Positions 1-12,321 of a stretch of 64,000 nt of DNA are shown here, piece after piece. The DNA is from Malacoraja senta (taxonomy: Eukaryota). The stretch covers positions 124,001 through 188,000 of the forward strand of contig JAXLNO010000170.1 in the NCBI GenBank assembly GCA_038087875.1. The letters are read 5' to 3'. Below the pieces are notes generated by a model. That model was not told where the DNA came from, did not search any database, and saw nothing but the letters and a program-made list of their open reading frames with translations. Positions within the stretch are counted from its first letter, which is position 1. Each line of letters opens with the position of its first letter. The position numbers and the translations under genes were made by a program.

Positions 1-850
1 GTGGCACGCCAGTGTTCAGTGTTATAGTGGAGGAGGTGAGGTTGTTGACCCTAACAGACTGTGGTCTGTTGGTGAGGAAATCCAGTGTCCAATTGCAGAG
101 GGAGGTGGAGATGCCAAGTCCGCTGAGTTTGGTGATCAAGCTAGCGGGGATGACAGTGTTAAAGGCGGAGCTGAAATCAATGAACAGCAACCTGATGTAG
201 GTGTTATTGCTGTCCAGGTGGGTCAGGGCAGAGTGTAGGGCCGTCAATATGGCGTCCTCTGTCGACCTGTTGTTCCGGTAGGCAAACTGATGGGGGTCCA
301 GTGTGGGGGGGGAGGCTGGCTTTGAGGTGAGCCAGGATCAGCCGCTCAAAGCACTTTGCAATGACAGGGGTGAGTGCCACTGGGCGGAAGTCATTGAGAC
401 TCCCTGTAGCTGATTGTTTGGGCACTGGCACAATGGTTGATGTCTTGAGGCAAGTGGGGACGACACCCTGGGCCAGTGACAGATTGAAAATGTCAGTGAA
501 GACCAGGGATAGTTGTCCAGCACATGCCCTGAGCACCCGCCCGGGGATGCCATCGGGGCCGGCAGCTTTGTGCTCATTCACCTTGCTCAGTGCATCTTGT
601 ACAGCAGAGGTGGAGAGACTGAGGGGTTGTTCGTTCGGGGGTGGAGCAACTTTGATGGCTGGAGTTTTGTTGTCCCGGTCAAAGCGAGCATAGAAGTGGT
701 TTCGCTCGTCAGGAAGGGAGGCGTTATCTGGGGGGGGGGGGTGTTAACTTTATGGTAATCGGCAATGGATTTGATTCCTTGCCACATGCGCCTAGGGTCG
801 GAGTTGTTTTGGAAATGCTCCTCGATCCGCCGTTTGAGCAGGCATTCTGC
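1..850 (-). mobile_element. Rex1/Babar-type LINE, reverse-transcriptase region, frameshifted, runs off the window start
   Basis: ORF 204..581(-) reads KAAGPDGIPGRVLRACAGQL..FTDIFNLSL..PTCLKTSTIVPVPK..LNDFRPVALTPVIAKCFERL. The upstream ORF reads MWQGIKSIADY. Both are typical of Rex1/Babar RT. Confidence 0.85.
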
Positions 851-869
851 TTCATGGGCGGCTTCAAAC

Positions 870-1320
870 TATTCAAGGGAGTCAAAGAATGTTGGGTCTT
901 GCTGCAGCAGGTGAAGATTAGACTCTGACTTCGCATTACGGTTCCCACGGGAACAACAGCAGGCATCGAAATGCTTCATTTTCTTGCAGTAATTGCAAGG
1001 TTTTCCGTTTGCTGGGCAGAATTGTCGACCCTTATTATGGAAATAGTTGCAGTTTGCGCACCTCTGTGGTGGCTCATTCACGAATCTTTTAGTAGCGGCT
1101 GACGCGGTGCGATTACTGAAACTGGTCAGATTGACATTAAGTTTCTGAGTAACAGGCTGAGTGTCAAGCTGATCACTCAGCGGGGCTACGATCTCCGACA
1201 TGCGGCAGGCGTGTACATCCTGTTCAAGAGTCAGGTCCACATTTCATAGTAGCTCTGTTTTTAACTTTCGATCAGACATGCCGCTAACGATCTTGTCGCG
1301 TATTAACTCATTAGTGAATG
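870..1320 (-). mobile_element. Gypsy-type LTR retrotransposon gag fragment (degenerate)
   Basis: The minus strand translates to ELIRDKIVSGMSDRKLKTELL*NVDLTLE, followed by the zinc-knuckle CANC..H..CPANGKPCNYCKKMKHF..C. Confidence 0.75.
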
Positions 1321-1399
1321 TTAATATAAAGTGTTCAATAGGGTGGAGTTAATGGTAGTACATTACTCTGATTGGTTCACATGCAATAACCAATCTACA

Positions 1400-1866
1400 G
1401 AAGGAAATCCACATTAGTCAGGAAATGGTGTTGGGTGGACTGATGGGACTGAAGGCTGATAAATCCCCAGGGCCTGATGGTCTGCATCCCAGGGTGTTTA
1501 AGGAAGTGGCTCTAGAAATTGTGCACGCATTGGTGATAATTTTCCAATATTCCACAGATTCAGAATCAGTTCCTATGAATTGGAGGGTAGCTAATGTCAT
1601 CACACATTTTAAGAAAGACGGGAGATAGAAAACAGGGGATTATAGACCAATTAGCCTGACATCTGTGGTGGGGAAGATGCTGAAGTCAATTATAAAAGAT
1701 GAAATAGCGGCACATTTGGATAGCAATAACAGGATCAGTCCTAGTCAGCATGGATTTACGAAGGGGAAATCATGCTTGACTAATCTTCTGTAATTTTTGA
1801 GGACGTAACTAGGAAAATGGACAAGGGAGAGCCAGTGGATGTAGTGTACCTGGACTTTCAGAAACC
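1400..1866 (+). mobile_element. CR1 LINE copy A, 5' segment (interrupted at LDFQK|)
   Basis: Reads LKADKSPGPDGLHPRV..NWRVANV..YRPISLTSVVGK..SQHGF.KGKSCLTNL..VDVVYLDFQK. It resumes with FDKVPH at 9131. Confidence 0.85.
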
Positions 1867-2332
1867 ATTTTCTTTGGTATTCACCAAGGAGAAGGATATT
1901 GAATTATGTGAGGTAAGGGAAACAAGTAGGGTAGCTATGGAAACTATGAGGATCAAAGAAGATGAAGTACTGACACTTTTGAAAAATATAAAAGTGGATA
2001 AGTCTCCAGGTCCTGACAGGATATTCCCTTGGACATTGAGGGAAGTTAGTGTAGAAATAGCAGGGGCTATGACAGAAATATTTCAAATGTCATTAGAAAC
2101 AGGAATGGTGCCGGAGGATTGGCGTACTGCGCATGTTGTTCCATTGTTTAAAAAGCGTTCTAAGAGTAAACCTAGCAATTATAGACCTGTTAGTTTGACG
2201 TCAGTGGTGGGCAAATTAATGGAAAGGATACTTAGAGATAATATATATAATCATCTGGATAAACAGGGTCTGATTAGGAACAGTCAACATGGATTTGTGC
2301 CTGGAAGGTCATGTTTGACTAATCTTCTTGAA
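1867..2332 (+). mobile_element. CR1 LINE copy B, segment 1 (inserted in copy A)
   Basis: Reads KVDKSPGPDRIFP..PEDWRTAHVVPLFKK..NYRPVSLTSVVGKLMERI..SQHGFVPGRSCLTNLLE. It continues as FFEEVTREID at ~7606. Confidence 0.85.
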
Positions 2333-2791
2333 TGAATGAATGAATGAATGAATGAATGAATGAATGAATAGTTTATTTCGGTCATACATTAAAAAGAATA
2401 AAACTTTACAATCTGTGTGAATATGAACCAACACTGTATCCATTTCACACATCGTTCACATAATCAATGACCGAAAAAAGAATAAGCTGAAGCCACAAAG
2501 CTTATTTTTGCCTATCCTATACAATCCATAAGATAAGATAACCCAGAATATCAGCATTGCAAAGGAAAGAAAAAAAAAATATTCTAAATTGTAATCCTTA
2601 CTTATTTTACATTTTAATCATTTTACATTATATTCCTTAATTATTTTATATTTTAAGGCTTTTTTGAAATTCGACAGAGAGCTACAAAATTTCAACTCAT
2701 CACTAAGCCCGTTCCATAATTTGACTCCCAAAACTGAGACACATCTATATTTTACATTGGTTCTCACTTCAAAAATACACAACCCTCATAA
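2330..2791 (-). mobile_element. 3' end of a Crack/Daphne-like (L2/CR1-group) LINE with (TTCA)n tail, segment downstream of the DIRS insertion
   Basis: A (TGAA)n tail lies at 2330-2369. The minus strand reads NL*GLCIFEVRTNVKYRCVSVLGVKLWNGLSDELKFCSSLSNFKKALK, contiguous with the segment at 7357-7605. Confidence 0.7.
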
Positions 2792-5059
2792 ATTTTACTT
2801 CGGAGTCACGTGAGTGATTCCGTGCAGAAGTCCCGCCAGAGCACATGTGCGTCATTACGTCAGTCGCATTGGCGCAGACCGGCTGGGAGGAACACAGTCC
2901 TCCAGCGGTAAGTTTGAAAAATCCTGCAGGTAAGTTTAAACTTACTTTTCAGTATCCTTTCCATCTCTTCTCGCAGGTTCCTGCTGGATATCGAATTAAG
3001 CATAACCCGGTGGACCGCGGAGAAATTGTTGACCGCGGGGATGCCGGCTTCGGACCGCGGGAGTGCGGTAGCAGGCGGCCGGCCGGTGGGTTTTGCTGGT
3101 TGAGTCACGGACAGAACGGTCCGCGACTCCCGAGGTTTAATTCGGGCCGTGGGGTTATGTAAGCTACAGTCACCATTGTCTGTGGGTGGCTGTTGGGCTT
3201 GTTGTTTCGAGTCGCTGACAGGCAGGTCAGCGACTCCCGAGATGTGTTGTAAATATGGGCCGCGGAGTTTCTCTAGACCGCGGGAATACCGGCTATGGTC
3301 CGCGGTAAAGTGAGGAGCCGGTGGCCGTCGGACTTCTTGTTAGAGTCGCTGACAGTAAGGTCAGCGACTCCTGAGGGTGTTTGGGGTGCAGATTGAGCGT
3401 GGTTGTCGGGTTACTACCCGACTCATTGAGGCAGGGACCCCGACTTCGGCAGCCCATATGAGGGAAACCATGTGGAGTCTGGCCAGGAGGGTCCCCTCTG
3501 TTATATATGTATGTCCTCACACGTGTATTATCCTGATATGGTGCGCCATATCAGGGCAGGTCATCAGGGGATTGCGGCAGCACCTGTGTTTTCAGGGCTG
3601 CTTACCAATTCCCTCAGTGGAGAGGAGTACAAGGGGTCAGTGTGTGGCTGACCCCAACCCCAACTCAGGAAGTGAGACTAGTTGTTTATCACCCTTATGT
3701 ATCTATGGCAGTAGCATTTTCTGCTAATTCTGTGGAGGTTTCAGGTCTAGGTCCAAGCTGGCCTTCAAGGAGAATTTACAATTCACGCATCCCGGCAGTG
3801 CTGCCCTCCAAATTAAAGACAAACGCAAATTTTGGGAAGCATTGAAAAGGGTAGACATTATAGTTGCCACCAGGTCACGTTGCGACCATCATACCGAGAC
3901 AGATGATTATCATTTACTCAATTTAGGAAATGGGAAACCTTGTTGAGCTGTATTATCAGTCACCTGTGGGAGTTACACCAGGTGGCGTCATAGTAATTCT
4001 GCTCATTAAAGGGACTGTGCACGTTTTCTTCCCCAAGACGTCGGATTATTCATATTAAAAGTAAATAAATCCCAGATTTAACTGGGATGGGCGTCTTCAT
4101 TTGCATAAATGTCTTTGCCTATGACAAATAACTGTTAAGTTTTGCTCCAGCATTTCCCACTATGTCTGATGTACGGGGGCCAGAGGCGCTCCAATTCTTC
4201 CCTATAGACGGCGTTGGCATCAGGAAGGAGCATGATTTGGAGTCGCTAGCACGTGCAGCCTGTTTGGGGAAGGAGGATACCAACAGAGCATCGATTTGCA
4301 CGGCTAGTCCTGGCAGCTGCAGTAGGCAGCGACCTGACAACCCCAACTCAGAGTGAATGCCAAGCCAGGGGTATCAATGTCAGACAAGATTGCGTCTCGT
4401 TGCAATCCAACAATGCTCCATCTTAAGGCATGTCAGGCAGCAACACCCAGTAAAGGGTTGCAAAATTCCTCCCACTCAAGGGTTGGAGTGGTCGAGAGAG
4501 TGCTACAGGAGTATGCACATGGGCCTGAAGCAACACCTGTTTGCAGGGTTGCCATTCCTCCCACTCGGTTCTCCATAGTGGTCGAGATGGTGCTAAAATA
4601 CATGCACACAGGCCTGGGGCAGCTCCTGTTGCAGGTTGCATAAGTCCTCCCACGCGGATGTATAGCGGATGAAGATGGAGCCACACACATATATGATAAG
4701 ATCGTGGGGAATGGTGTCGAACAACATGCTTGGTACAGGCATGTACAAGCAAATGGAGGAGATGGATGATGATACCTGCTTCAGCTGCGATTACTCCCAC
4801 TCTAAAAGAGTGTCTAAGGTTAGTATGGATTAACTCCAAACAGGAATCCGAACATGGCTATGTGGCGGGATCCCATGCTGAATGCATAAGGCACGGCGAT
4901 CGCATGAGGGAAAGCAGTGGGCGTTGCCTCTAAAATTGCTGCTCAGTCGGAGATGGACTGGCCACTACAAGAGAAGTTGACCAGCAGCATCAGCGATCTA
5001 ACGGAAATGACAACATGGGCAGAGTCTGCGAATGAAATTTCGTCGGAACTCCACCAAAG

Positions 5060-6088
5060 GTAAGAGTGGCAAGTCTGCTTGGAAAATTAGTGGCAGCATT
5101 TCCGGCAGTTCAATATGGGCCATTGCACTACCAACAGTTACAGAGGTCAAAGGAACAGGCACTTAGGATACATTTGGGTCATTATAATAGACCCATGCAG
5201 TTATCAGCAGAGGCTGTTGCTGATTTACAATGGTGGATTCAGCATGTGTCCAGTAGTTCGAGCAAGTAGTGCTTGAGCAGCCTTCCATGATTTTGCAGAC
5301 GGATGTCAGTGCACTCGGGTGGGGTGCCACGGATATGAGTTCAAGCTGTGGAGGCAGTTGGACTGAGCAAGAGGCATCGCTTCTGCAGACATGGGGAATT
5401 AACTATTTAGAGCTTTTAGGAGCTTTTTATGCACTTAAGGCTTATTGCGCTAACAAAGGTAACCTGCATGTTCAGTGTCAGATTGACAACACTACGGCAG
5501 TGGCGTATATTGATCACATGGGTGGAATCAAGTCGGTATCTTGTGACAGATTGGCTAATCAAATTTGGGCCTGGTGTATTGATAAAGATATTTGGCTTTC
5601 AGCTATTTATCTACCAGGTGGATTGAATATTGTAGCAGATGCCAGGTCACGAAAGTTCCATGATAACACAGAGTGGATGTTGAACCAGGACGTGTTCAAT
5701 AATATAGTAGTTACATATGGAATGCCAGATATCGATTTGTTTGCATCCAGGCTTAACCACCAGCTGCCTAAATATGTTTCATGGGAACCAGACCCGGGGG
5801 CAGTTGCAGTTGATGCTTTCTCGCTACATTTGGGTGGTATGTTTTTATATATATTTCCCACCATTCTGCCTCATAGGTAGGTGTCTGCAAAAAATCAAGC
5901 AGGATGCGCCTTCGGGGGTGCTTGTAATACCTAATTGGCCGACTCAAGCATGGTTCCATTTGATGTTACAGTTAGCGATCCAACCTCCTTTGGTGGTTCG
6001 CAAGCGTAGAAATTTACTGGAGCACCCGGTAACACGGGAAAGTCATCCGTTATTTAACCGTATTGATTTGTTAATTTGCAGGTTTTAA
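5060..6088 (+). pseudogene. DIRS pol C-terminal part: RT connection, RNase H and Dam-like methyltransferase domain (frameshifted)
   Basis: Motifs LQTDVSALGWG, INYLELLGAF, IDNTTAVAYI.HMGG, YLPGGLNIVADARSR, PDIDLFASRLN, FPPFCLIGRCLQKI and PNWPTQAWF. Confidence 0.88.
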
Positions 6089-6099
6089 GAAGGTCATAC

Positions 6100-6830
6100 C
6101 TGGGGCGAGGACTGACTGGGTGAACTGTGGACATGCTCACTGCAGCCTGGAGAAAGAGTACTCAAAAGCAGTATATTACTTATGTAAAAAATGGGAGCAA
6201 AATTGTGTACAAAATAATATTGACTATAGTACTACAGGTATTGTGGAAGTTTTAGAGTTCCTGTCTACTATGATGAGGGGCTCAGTTATAGTGCCATTAA
6301 TACAGTTAGAAGTGCTTTGTCCTCGTATCTTTTGATGGGGTCAGGGAAAGATCCTGTTGGTTCTCATCCTCTCATAGCTCGATTGATGAAAGGAATTTCC
6401 AACTCCAGACCTCCTAAACCCAGGTATATGGCGATCTGGGATGTAAGTGTGGTCCTCAAGATGCTTCGTCAGTGGGTTTCAAAAGTTTTTTTTCAGCATC
6501 TCCTACTGATCCATGTTTGTGTGTAATGACACATTTATTACATTATTTTGAAGCTACAAGGGCCTTAAGAAATGTGGAAACAGGATTGTTATCAGTTACA
6601 AGAAACCACACAAGAGAGTGTCAGTGCAGACTATCTCAAGGTGGTTAAAGCAAGTGTTGATTCAGGCAGGTATTAACACTGACGTGTTTACATCTCGTTC
6701 CACTAGGGCAGCAGCAACGTCGGCGGCCAGGGCGATGGACGTTCCCATCAACCATATTCTCGCAGCCGCCGGGTGGTCAAATGAATTGGTTTTTCAACAT
6801 TTTTACCATCGGCCGATTGCTAATTTAGTA
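6100..6830 (+). pseudogene. DIRS tyrosine recombinase remnant
   Basis: Reads GSHPLIARLMKGI..RPPKPRY..WDV, QTISRWLKQVL.AGI and FTSRSTRAAATSAA..ILAAAGWS..FQHFY. The catalytic HxxR motif appears as RSTR, and there are internal deletions and frameshifts. Confidence 0.85.
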
Positions 6831-7356
6831 TTCGTTCTGTTTACGTTTTCCCCTGGGATAGAGGGGTTACTGTTTGTTTTGATTATTCAAACAAATTGTT
6901 ACTGCATGATATACAATTTCATGTTTAACGCATTATTGATTATTTCTCATCCGGAGTCAATCAATGCAGTGAGAAGCCGGGATTTGAATCTGCGGCATAA
7001 AATCACAGAGCTTTGAACTCTTCACGGAATCACTCACGTGACTCCGAAGTAAAATAGTAAGATTAAACGAGAACTTACCAGTTTGAAGTTTGATCTTTAT
7101 TTTATGAGGAGGTACGTTGGTGATTACGTGCGCACCACGCCCAACCCTCTCTCTCATAAAGGTCATATGGTAGTTCTCATGTTGCTGATCTTACTATGTT
7201 ACTTCAAATATTCTGTTATCTGTGATTTCATATCGCTGCTTTGAGGATTGACGCACATGTGCTCTGGCGGAACTTCTTCACATAATCACCAACGTAACTC
7301 CTCATAAAATAGAGATCAACCTTCAAACTGGTAAGTTCTCGTTTAATCTTACTATT

Positions 7357-7605
7357 ATAATGTCCTTCTCTTAATTTAAATTTTTTTTGTATACTAACAG
7401 GAAGGCTTTTATTCCTAACTCGGAAAAGTATTTCTAATGTCTTTACATGCACAATATCCAAAAAATTTAAGGTACCTGACTTAATGAATAATGGATTTGT
7501 AGTTTCACGGTAAGAAGCTTTATGTATTATTCTAATAGCTCTTTTTTGGAGTTTAATTATAGGGTCTATATTTGTTTTATATACATTTCCCCAAACATCA
7601 ACACA
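7357..7605 (-). mobile_element. Crack/Daphne-like LINE, segment upstream of the DIRS insertion
   Basis: The minus strand reads CVDVWGNVYKTNIDPIIKLQKRAIRIIHKASYRETTNPLF..KLREGHYN, which joins NL*G at ~2791. Confidence 0.72.
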
Positions 7606-9130
7606 ATTTTTTGAAGAGGTTACTAGGGAAATTGATGAGGGTAAAGCGGTGGATGTTGTCTATATGGACTTCGGTAAGGCCTTTGACAAGGTTCCACATG
7701 GAAGGTTGGTTAAGAAGGTTCAATGGTTGAGTATTAGATAGATAGATAGATTCCTTTATTGTCATTCAGACCTTTCGGTCTGAACAAAACTTCGTTGCCT
7801 GCAGTCATACATACAATAAATAACAAAACACACAATAAACACAAATTAACATCCACCACAGTGAGTTCACCAGGCACCTCCTCACTGTGATGGAGGCAAA
7901 AGTCTTAAAGGCTCTCTCTTCCCTCTTTGTTCTCCCTGTGCGCCGAGGCGATCCAGGCTTCTGAAGTTGTGACCCCGCCGGGTGATGGTAAGTCAGTAGT
8001 GGAGTTAATAGTGAAGTAGTGGAATTAATAGTGGAGTAGCAAGATGGATTCAACAGTGGCTGAATGGGAGATACCAGAGAGTAATAGTGGATAACTGTTT
8101 GTCAGGTTGGAGGCCGGTGACTAGTGGGGTACCTCAGGGATCTGTGTTGGGTCCACTGTTGTTTGTCATATACATCAATGATCTGGATGATGGTGTGGTA
8201 AATTGGATTAGTAAGTATGCAGATGATACTAAGATAGGTGGTGTTGTGGATAATGAAGTAGATTTTCCAAGTCTACAGAGAAATTTAGGCCATTTGGAAG
8301 AGTGGGCTGAAAGATGGCAGATGGAGTTTAATGCTGATAAGTGTGAGGTGCTACATCTTGGCAGGACAAATCAAAATAGGACGTACATGGTAAATGGTAG
8401 CGAATTGAGGAATGCAGTTGAACAAAGGGATCTAGGAATAACTCTGCATAGTTCCCTGAAGGTGGAATCTCATGTAGATAGGGTGGTAAAGAAAGCTTTT
8501 GGTGTGCTGGCCTTTATAAATCAGAGCATTGAGTATAGAATTTGGGATGTAATGTTAAAATTGTACAAGGCATTGGTGAGGCCAATTCTGGAATATGGAG
8601 TACAATTTTGGTCGCCTAATTATAGGAAAGATGTCAACAAAATAGAGAGAGTACAGAGGAGATTCACTAGAATGTTGCCTGGGTTTCAGCACCTAAGTTA
8701 CAGAGAAAGGTTGAACTAGATAGGTCTTTATTCTTTGGAGCGCAGAACGTTAAGGGGGGACTTGATAGAGGTCTTTAAAATTATGAGAGGTATAGACAGA
8801 GTTGACGTGGATAAGCTTTTTCCATTGAGAGTAGGGAAGATTCAAACAAGAGGACATGATTTGAGAATGAAGGGACAAAAGTTTAGGGGGAATTTCTTTA
8901 CTGAGAGAGTGGTAGCTGTGTGGAATGAGCTTCCAGTGGAAGTGGTGAAGGCAGGTTCATTTTTATCATTTAAAAATATATTGGATAGGTATATGGACGG
9001 GAAAGGAATGGAGGGTTATGGTCTGAGTGCAGATAGATGGGACTAGGTGAAAGTAAGTGTTCGGCACGGACTAGAAGGGCCGAGATGGCCTGTTTCCGTG
9101 CTGTAATTGTTACATGGTTATATGGTTATA
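7606..9130 (+). mobile_element. CR1 LINE copy B, 3' segments, with a ~290-bp minus-strand insertion at ~7735-8022
   Basis: Reads [41 protein letters not shown] and RGDLIEVFKIM, and ends in a (TATGGTTA)-type tail at ~9108-9130. Confidence 0.9.
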
Positions 9131-10290
9131 TTTGATAAGGTCCCTCACAGGAGATTAGTGGGCAAAATTAGGCCGCATGGTATTGGGGGTAGAGTGCTGA
9201 CATGGATAGAAAATTGGTTGGCCGACAGGAAACAAAGAATAGGAATTAACTGGTCCCTTTCAGAATGGCAGGCAGTGACTAGTGGGCTACCGCAAGGCTC
9301 GGTGCTGGGACCGCAGCTATTTACAATATACATCAATGATTTAGATGAAGGGATTCAAAGTAACATTAACAAATGACACAAAGCTGGGTGGCAGTGTGAA
9401 CTGTGAGGAGGATGCTATGAGAATGCATGGTGACGGTTGGGTGAGTGGGCAGATGCATGGCAGATGCAGTTTAATGTGGATAAATGTGAGGTTATCCACT
9501 TTTGCAGCAAAAACAGGAAGGCAGATTATTATGTAAATGGTGTCGTTGGGAAAAGGGGAAGTACAATGGGGTCTGGGGGGTCCTTGTTCATCAGTCAATG
9601 AAAGTAAGCATGTAGGTACAGCAGGCAGTGAAGAAAGCAAATGGCATCTTGGCCTTCATAACTAGAGTAGTTGAGTATAGGAGCAAAGAGGTCCTTCTGC
9701 AGTTGTATAGGGCCCTGGTGATACCTCACCTAGAGTATTGTGTGCAGTTTTGGTCCCCTAATTTGAGGAAGGGCATTCTTGCTATTGAGGGAGTGCAGCA
9801 TAGGTTTACAAGGTTAATTCCCGGGATGGCGGGACTGTCATATGCTGAGAGAATGGAGCGGCTGGGCTTGTATAGTCTGGAGTTTAGAAGGATGAGAGGG
9901 TATCTTATTGAAACATATAAGATCATTAAGGGTTTGGACACGCTAGAGGCAGGATACATGTTCCCGATGTTGGGGGAGTCCAGAACTAGGGGCCACAGTT
10001 TAAGAATAAGGGGTAAGCCATATAGGACGGAGAGGAGGAAACACTTTTTCACACAGAGAGTGGTGAGTCTGTGGAATTCTCAGCCTCTCTCAGAGGGCAG
10101 TGGAGGCCGGTTATCTGGATACTTTCAAGAGAGAGCTAGATATGGCGTTTAAAGATAGCGGAGTCAGGGCATAAGGGTTGAAGGAAGGAACGGGGTACTG
10201 ATTGGGGATGATCAGCCATGATCACATTGAATGGTGGTGCTGGCTCAATGGGCTGAATGGCCTACTCCTGCACCTATTGTCTATTGTCTA
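9131..10290 (+). mobile_element. CR1 LINE copy A, 3' segment
   Basis: Starts [13 protein letters not shown], continuing LDFQK at 1865. Also [22 protein letters not shown] and ESRTRGHSLRI, with a (CTATTGT)n tail at ~10274-10290. Confidence 0.9.
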
Positions 10291-10294
10291 AAAA

Positions 10295-10595
10295 GCAGGT
10301 AACTCAGTGGGTCAGGCAGCATCTCTGGAGAGGAGGAATGGGTGACGTTTTAGGTCGAGAGCCTTCTTCAGACTGAATAGATCATTGTTAGCCAAGCGAA
10401 GGTGACAACAAAACAAACAGATTCAATTGAGGACGGTCTGACTGGTCGGAGAAATGGGAAGGGGAGGGATGGAGAGAGAGGGAAGCAAGGATTATTTGAA
10501 GTTAGAGAAGTCATTATTCATACCGCTGTGTTATAAGCTGCTCAAGGGAAATATGAGGTGCTGCTCCTCCAATTTGCGCTGGGCCTCACTCTGAC
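10295..10595 (-). mobile_element. Penelope-derived short repeat (pseudo-LTR-like segment)
   Basis: Shares sequence with the GIY-YIG Penelope 3' end at 18330-18450 (aaatatgaggtgc..tccaattt) and carries the cttcttcagac hammerhead-like core. Many copies occur in the window. Confidence 0.6.
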
Positions 10596-10679
10596 CTCTG
10601 GTCTGCATTTACTGAAGGGAAGGATATTGCATTTTCTTGAACCTTAGAACATGTTACCATTAAAAAGGAAATATTAGAT

Positions 10680-12125
10680 ACCTTGGAGAAGATTTACGAT
10701 GGATGTAGCTCAGGCTGTTATGGGAGGAGAATGCTTTGAGTCTGGCAGAGATTCTTACTGTTCACTTTAATGAGTGAAGTGCAAGAAGTCAGGAGGACAG
10801 CAAATGTGGTCCCTTTATTCAAGAGGGGCAGCGGGGATAAACCAGGTAATTCCAGGGGTCTGAACCTAACGTCAGTCATAGAGAAGATATGGGGAAGTAA
10901 AGCTGAGGCACAGGACTGCTGTACACTTGCACAGAGGGAAGAGCTTTGTTTGGAGAAGCATTTATTTCTAGAGGGCTAGAATACAAAAAACATGGGTGTA
11001 AAATACAAAAAGAGGGATGTAATGCTGAGGCTCTAAGGCACTGGTCAGACCACATTTGGTTTACTGCGAGAAATTATCTCATATCTGAAGAAGGTGCTGG
11101 AGAGGGTCCAGAGGAGGTTTATTAGAATAATCCCAGGAATGAGTGGGTTAATATATGATGAGCATTTGACGGCACTGGGCCTCCACTCGCTGGAGTGTAG
11201 AAGAATGAGCGGGGACTTCATTGAAACTTACTGAATCAGTGAAAGGCCTAAATAGAGAGGATGTGGAGAGGATATTTCCCCTCGTGGGAGAGTCTAGGAT
11301 CAGAGGCTATAACCTCAGAATAAAAGGACTTATCTTTAGAAAGGAAACGAGGAGGAATGTTGTCAGTGGATTAGGAGGAAAGGAGGAGGACTGGACATTT
11401 TGGTGCCTGTCGACTCTGCTGTGGGGGGATGTTCGTGTTGAATTTCTTATAGTGTGTTGTGCTCTACCTCTTATTTTTCATTTATATGGATAATTTTCTC
11501 TGTAAAGCACTTTGGCTTCTTTGATTGAAATTGATTGAAAAGTGCTATATAAATAAATTTACTTTACTACTTGCTACTTTAGTCAGAGGATGGTGAATCT
11601 GTGGAATTCATTGACAAGTCAATGGCCATTTTTAAAGCGTAGATTTCTACTCCGCCATTCAATCATGGCTGATCTATCTCTCCCTCCCAATCCCATTCTT
11701 GTGCCTTCTCCCCATAACCCCCGACACATGTACTAATCAAGAATCTATCTATCTCTGCCTTAAAAATATCTATTGAGTTGGCCTCCACAGCCATCTGTGG
11801 CAAAGAAATCCACAGATTCACCATCCTCTGGCTAAAGAAATTCCTCCTCATCTTCTTAAAAGAACGTCCTTTAATTCTGAGACTATGACCTCTGGTCCTA
11901 GACTCTCCCTCGAGTGGAAACATCCTCAACACATCCACTCTATCCAGACCTTTCACTATTCAATAAGTTCCAATGAGGTTCCCCCTCATTCTTCTAAACT
12001 CCAGCGAGTACAGGCCCAGTGCCGTCAAATGTTCATCATATGTTAACCAACTCATTCCTGGGATCATTCTCGTAAACCTCCTCTGGACCCTCACTAATGC
12101 CAGCAAACCCTTCCTCAGATATGGC
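10680..12125. mobile_element. Degenerate CR1 fragments: plus strand ~10680-11640, minus strand ~11650-12125
   Basis: ORFs read RTANVVPLFKRG, ESRIRGYNLRIKG and (minus strand) MKGLDRVDV..ESRTRGHSLRIKG. The same arrangement is duplicated at ~59870-61080. Confidence 0.8.
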
Positions 12126-12321
12126 CCCTATGGGAATATGTTGAGGCATCGAGTAAGAAGGTTCGGTGTGAAAGTCTTTGGGCAGATTGGGGAGGGGAAG
12201 GACAAGGAATTAGAACGAGGATTTGTGTATCGGTTGAGTGAAACACACTGGAAAACAGCTGGAATGTTTCTCAGTTACTAATTGGAAGAGAACCAATCCA
12301 TCACGTATGGCATTTTTTCTT

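Larger units (their letters stand above)
2792..7356 (+). mobile_element. DIRS1-type tyrosine-recombinase retrotransposon #1 (internally deleted, degenerate)
   Basis: Inverted terminal repeats lie at ~2793-2854 and ~7249-7356. The internal complementary region 7023-7130 joins the complements of both ends. RNase H, methyltransferase-like and tyrosine-recombinase remnants lie inside. Confidence 0.93.

Noticed and set aside
1319..1398. Possible short solo LTR (TG..CA) next to the gag fragment
   Set aside because: Only ~80 bp with no second copy, PBS or PPT visible, so it cannot be supported.
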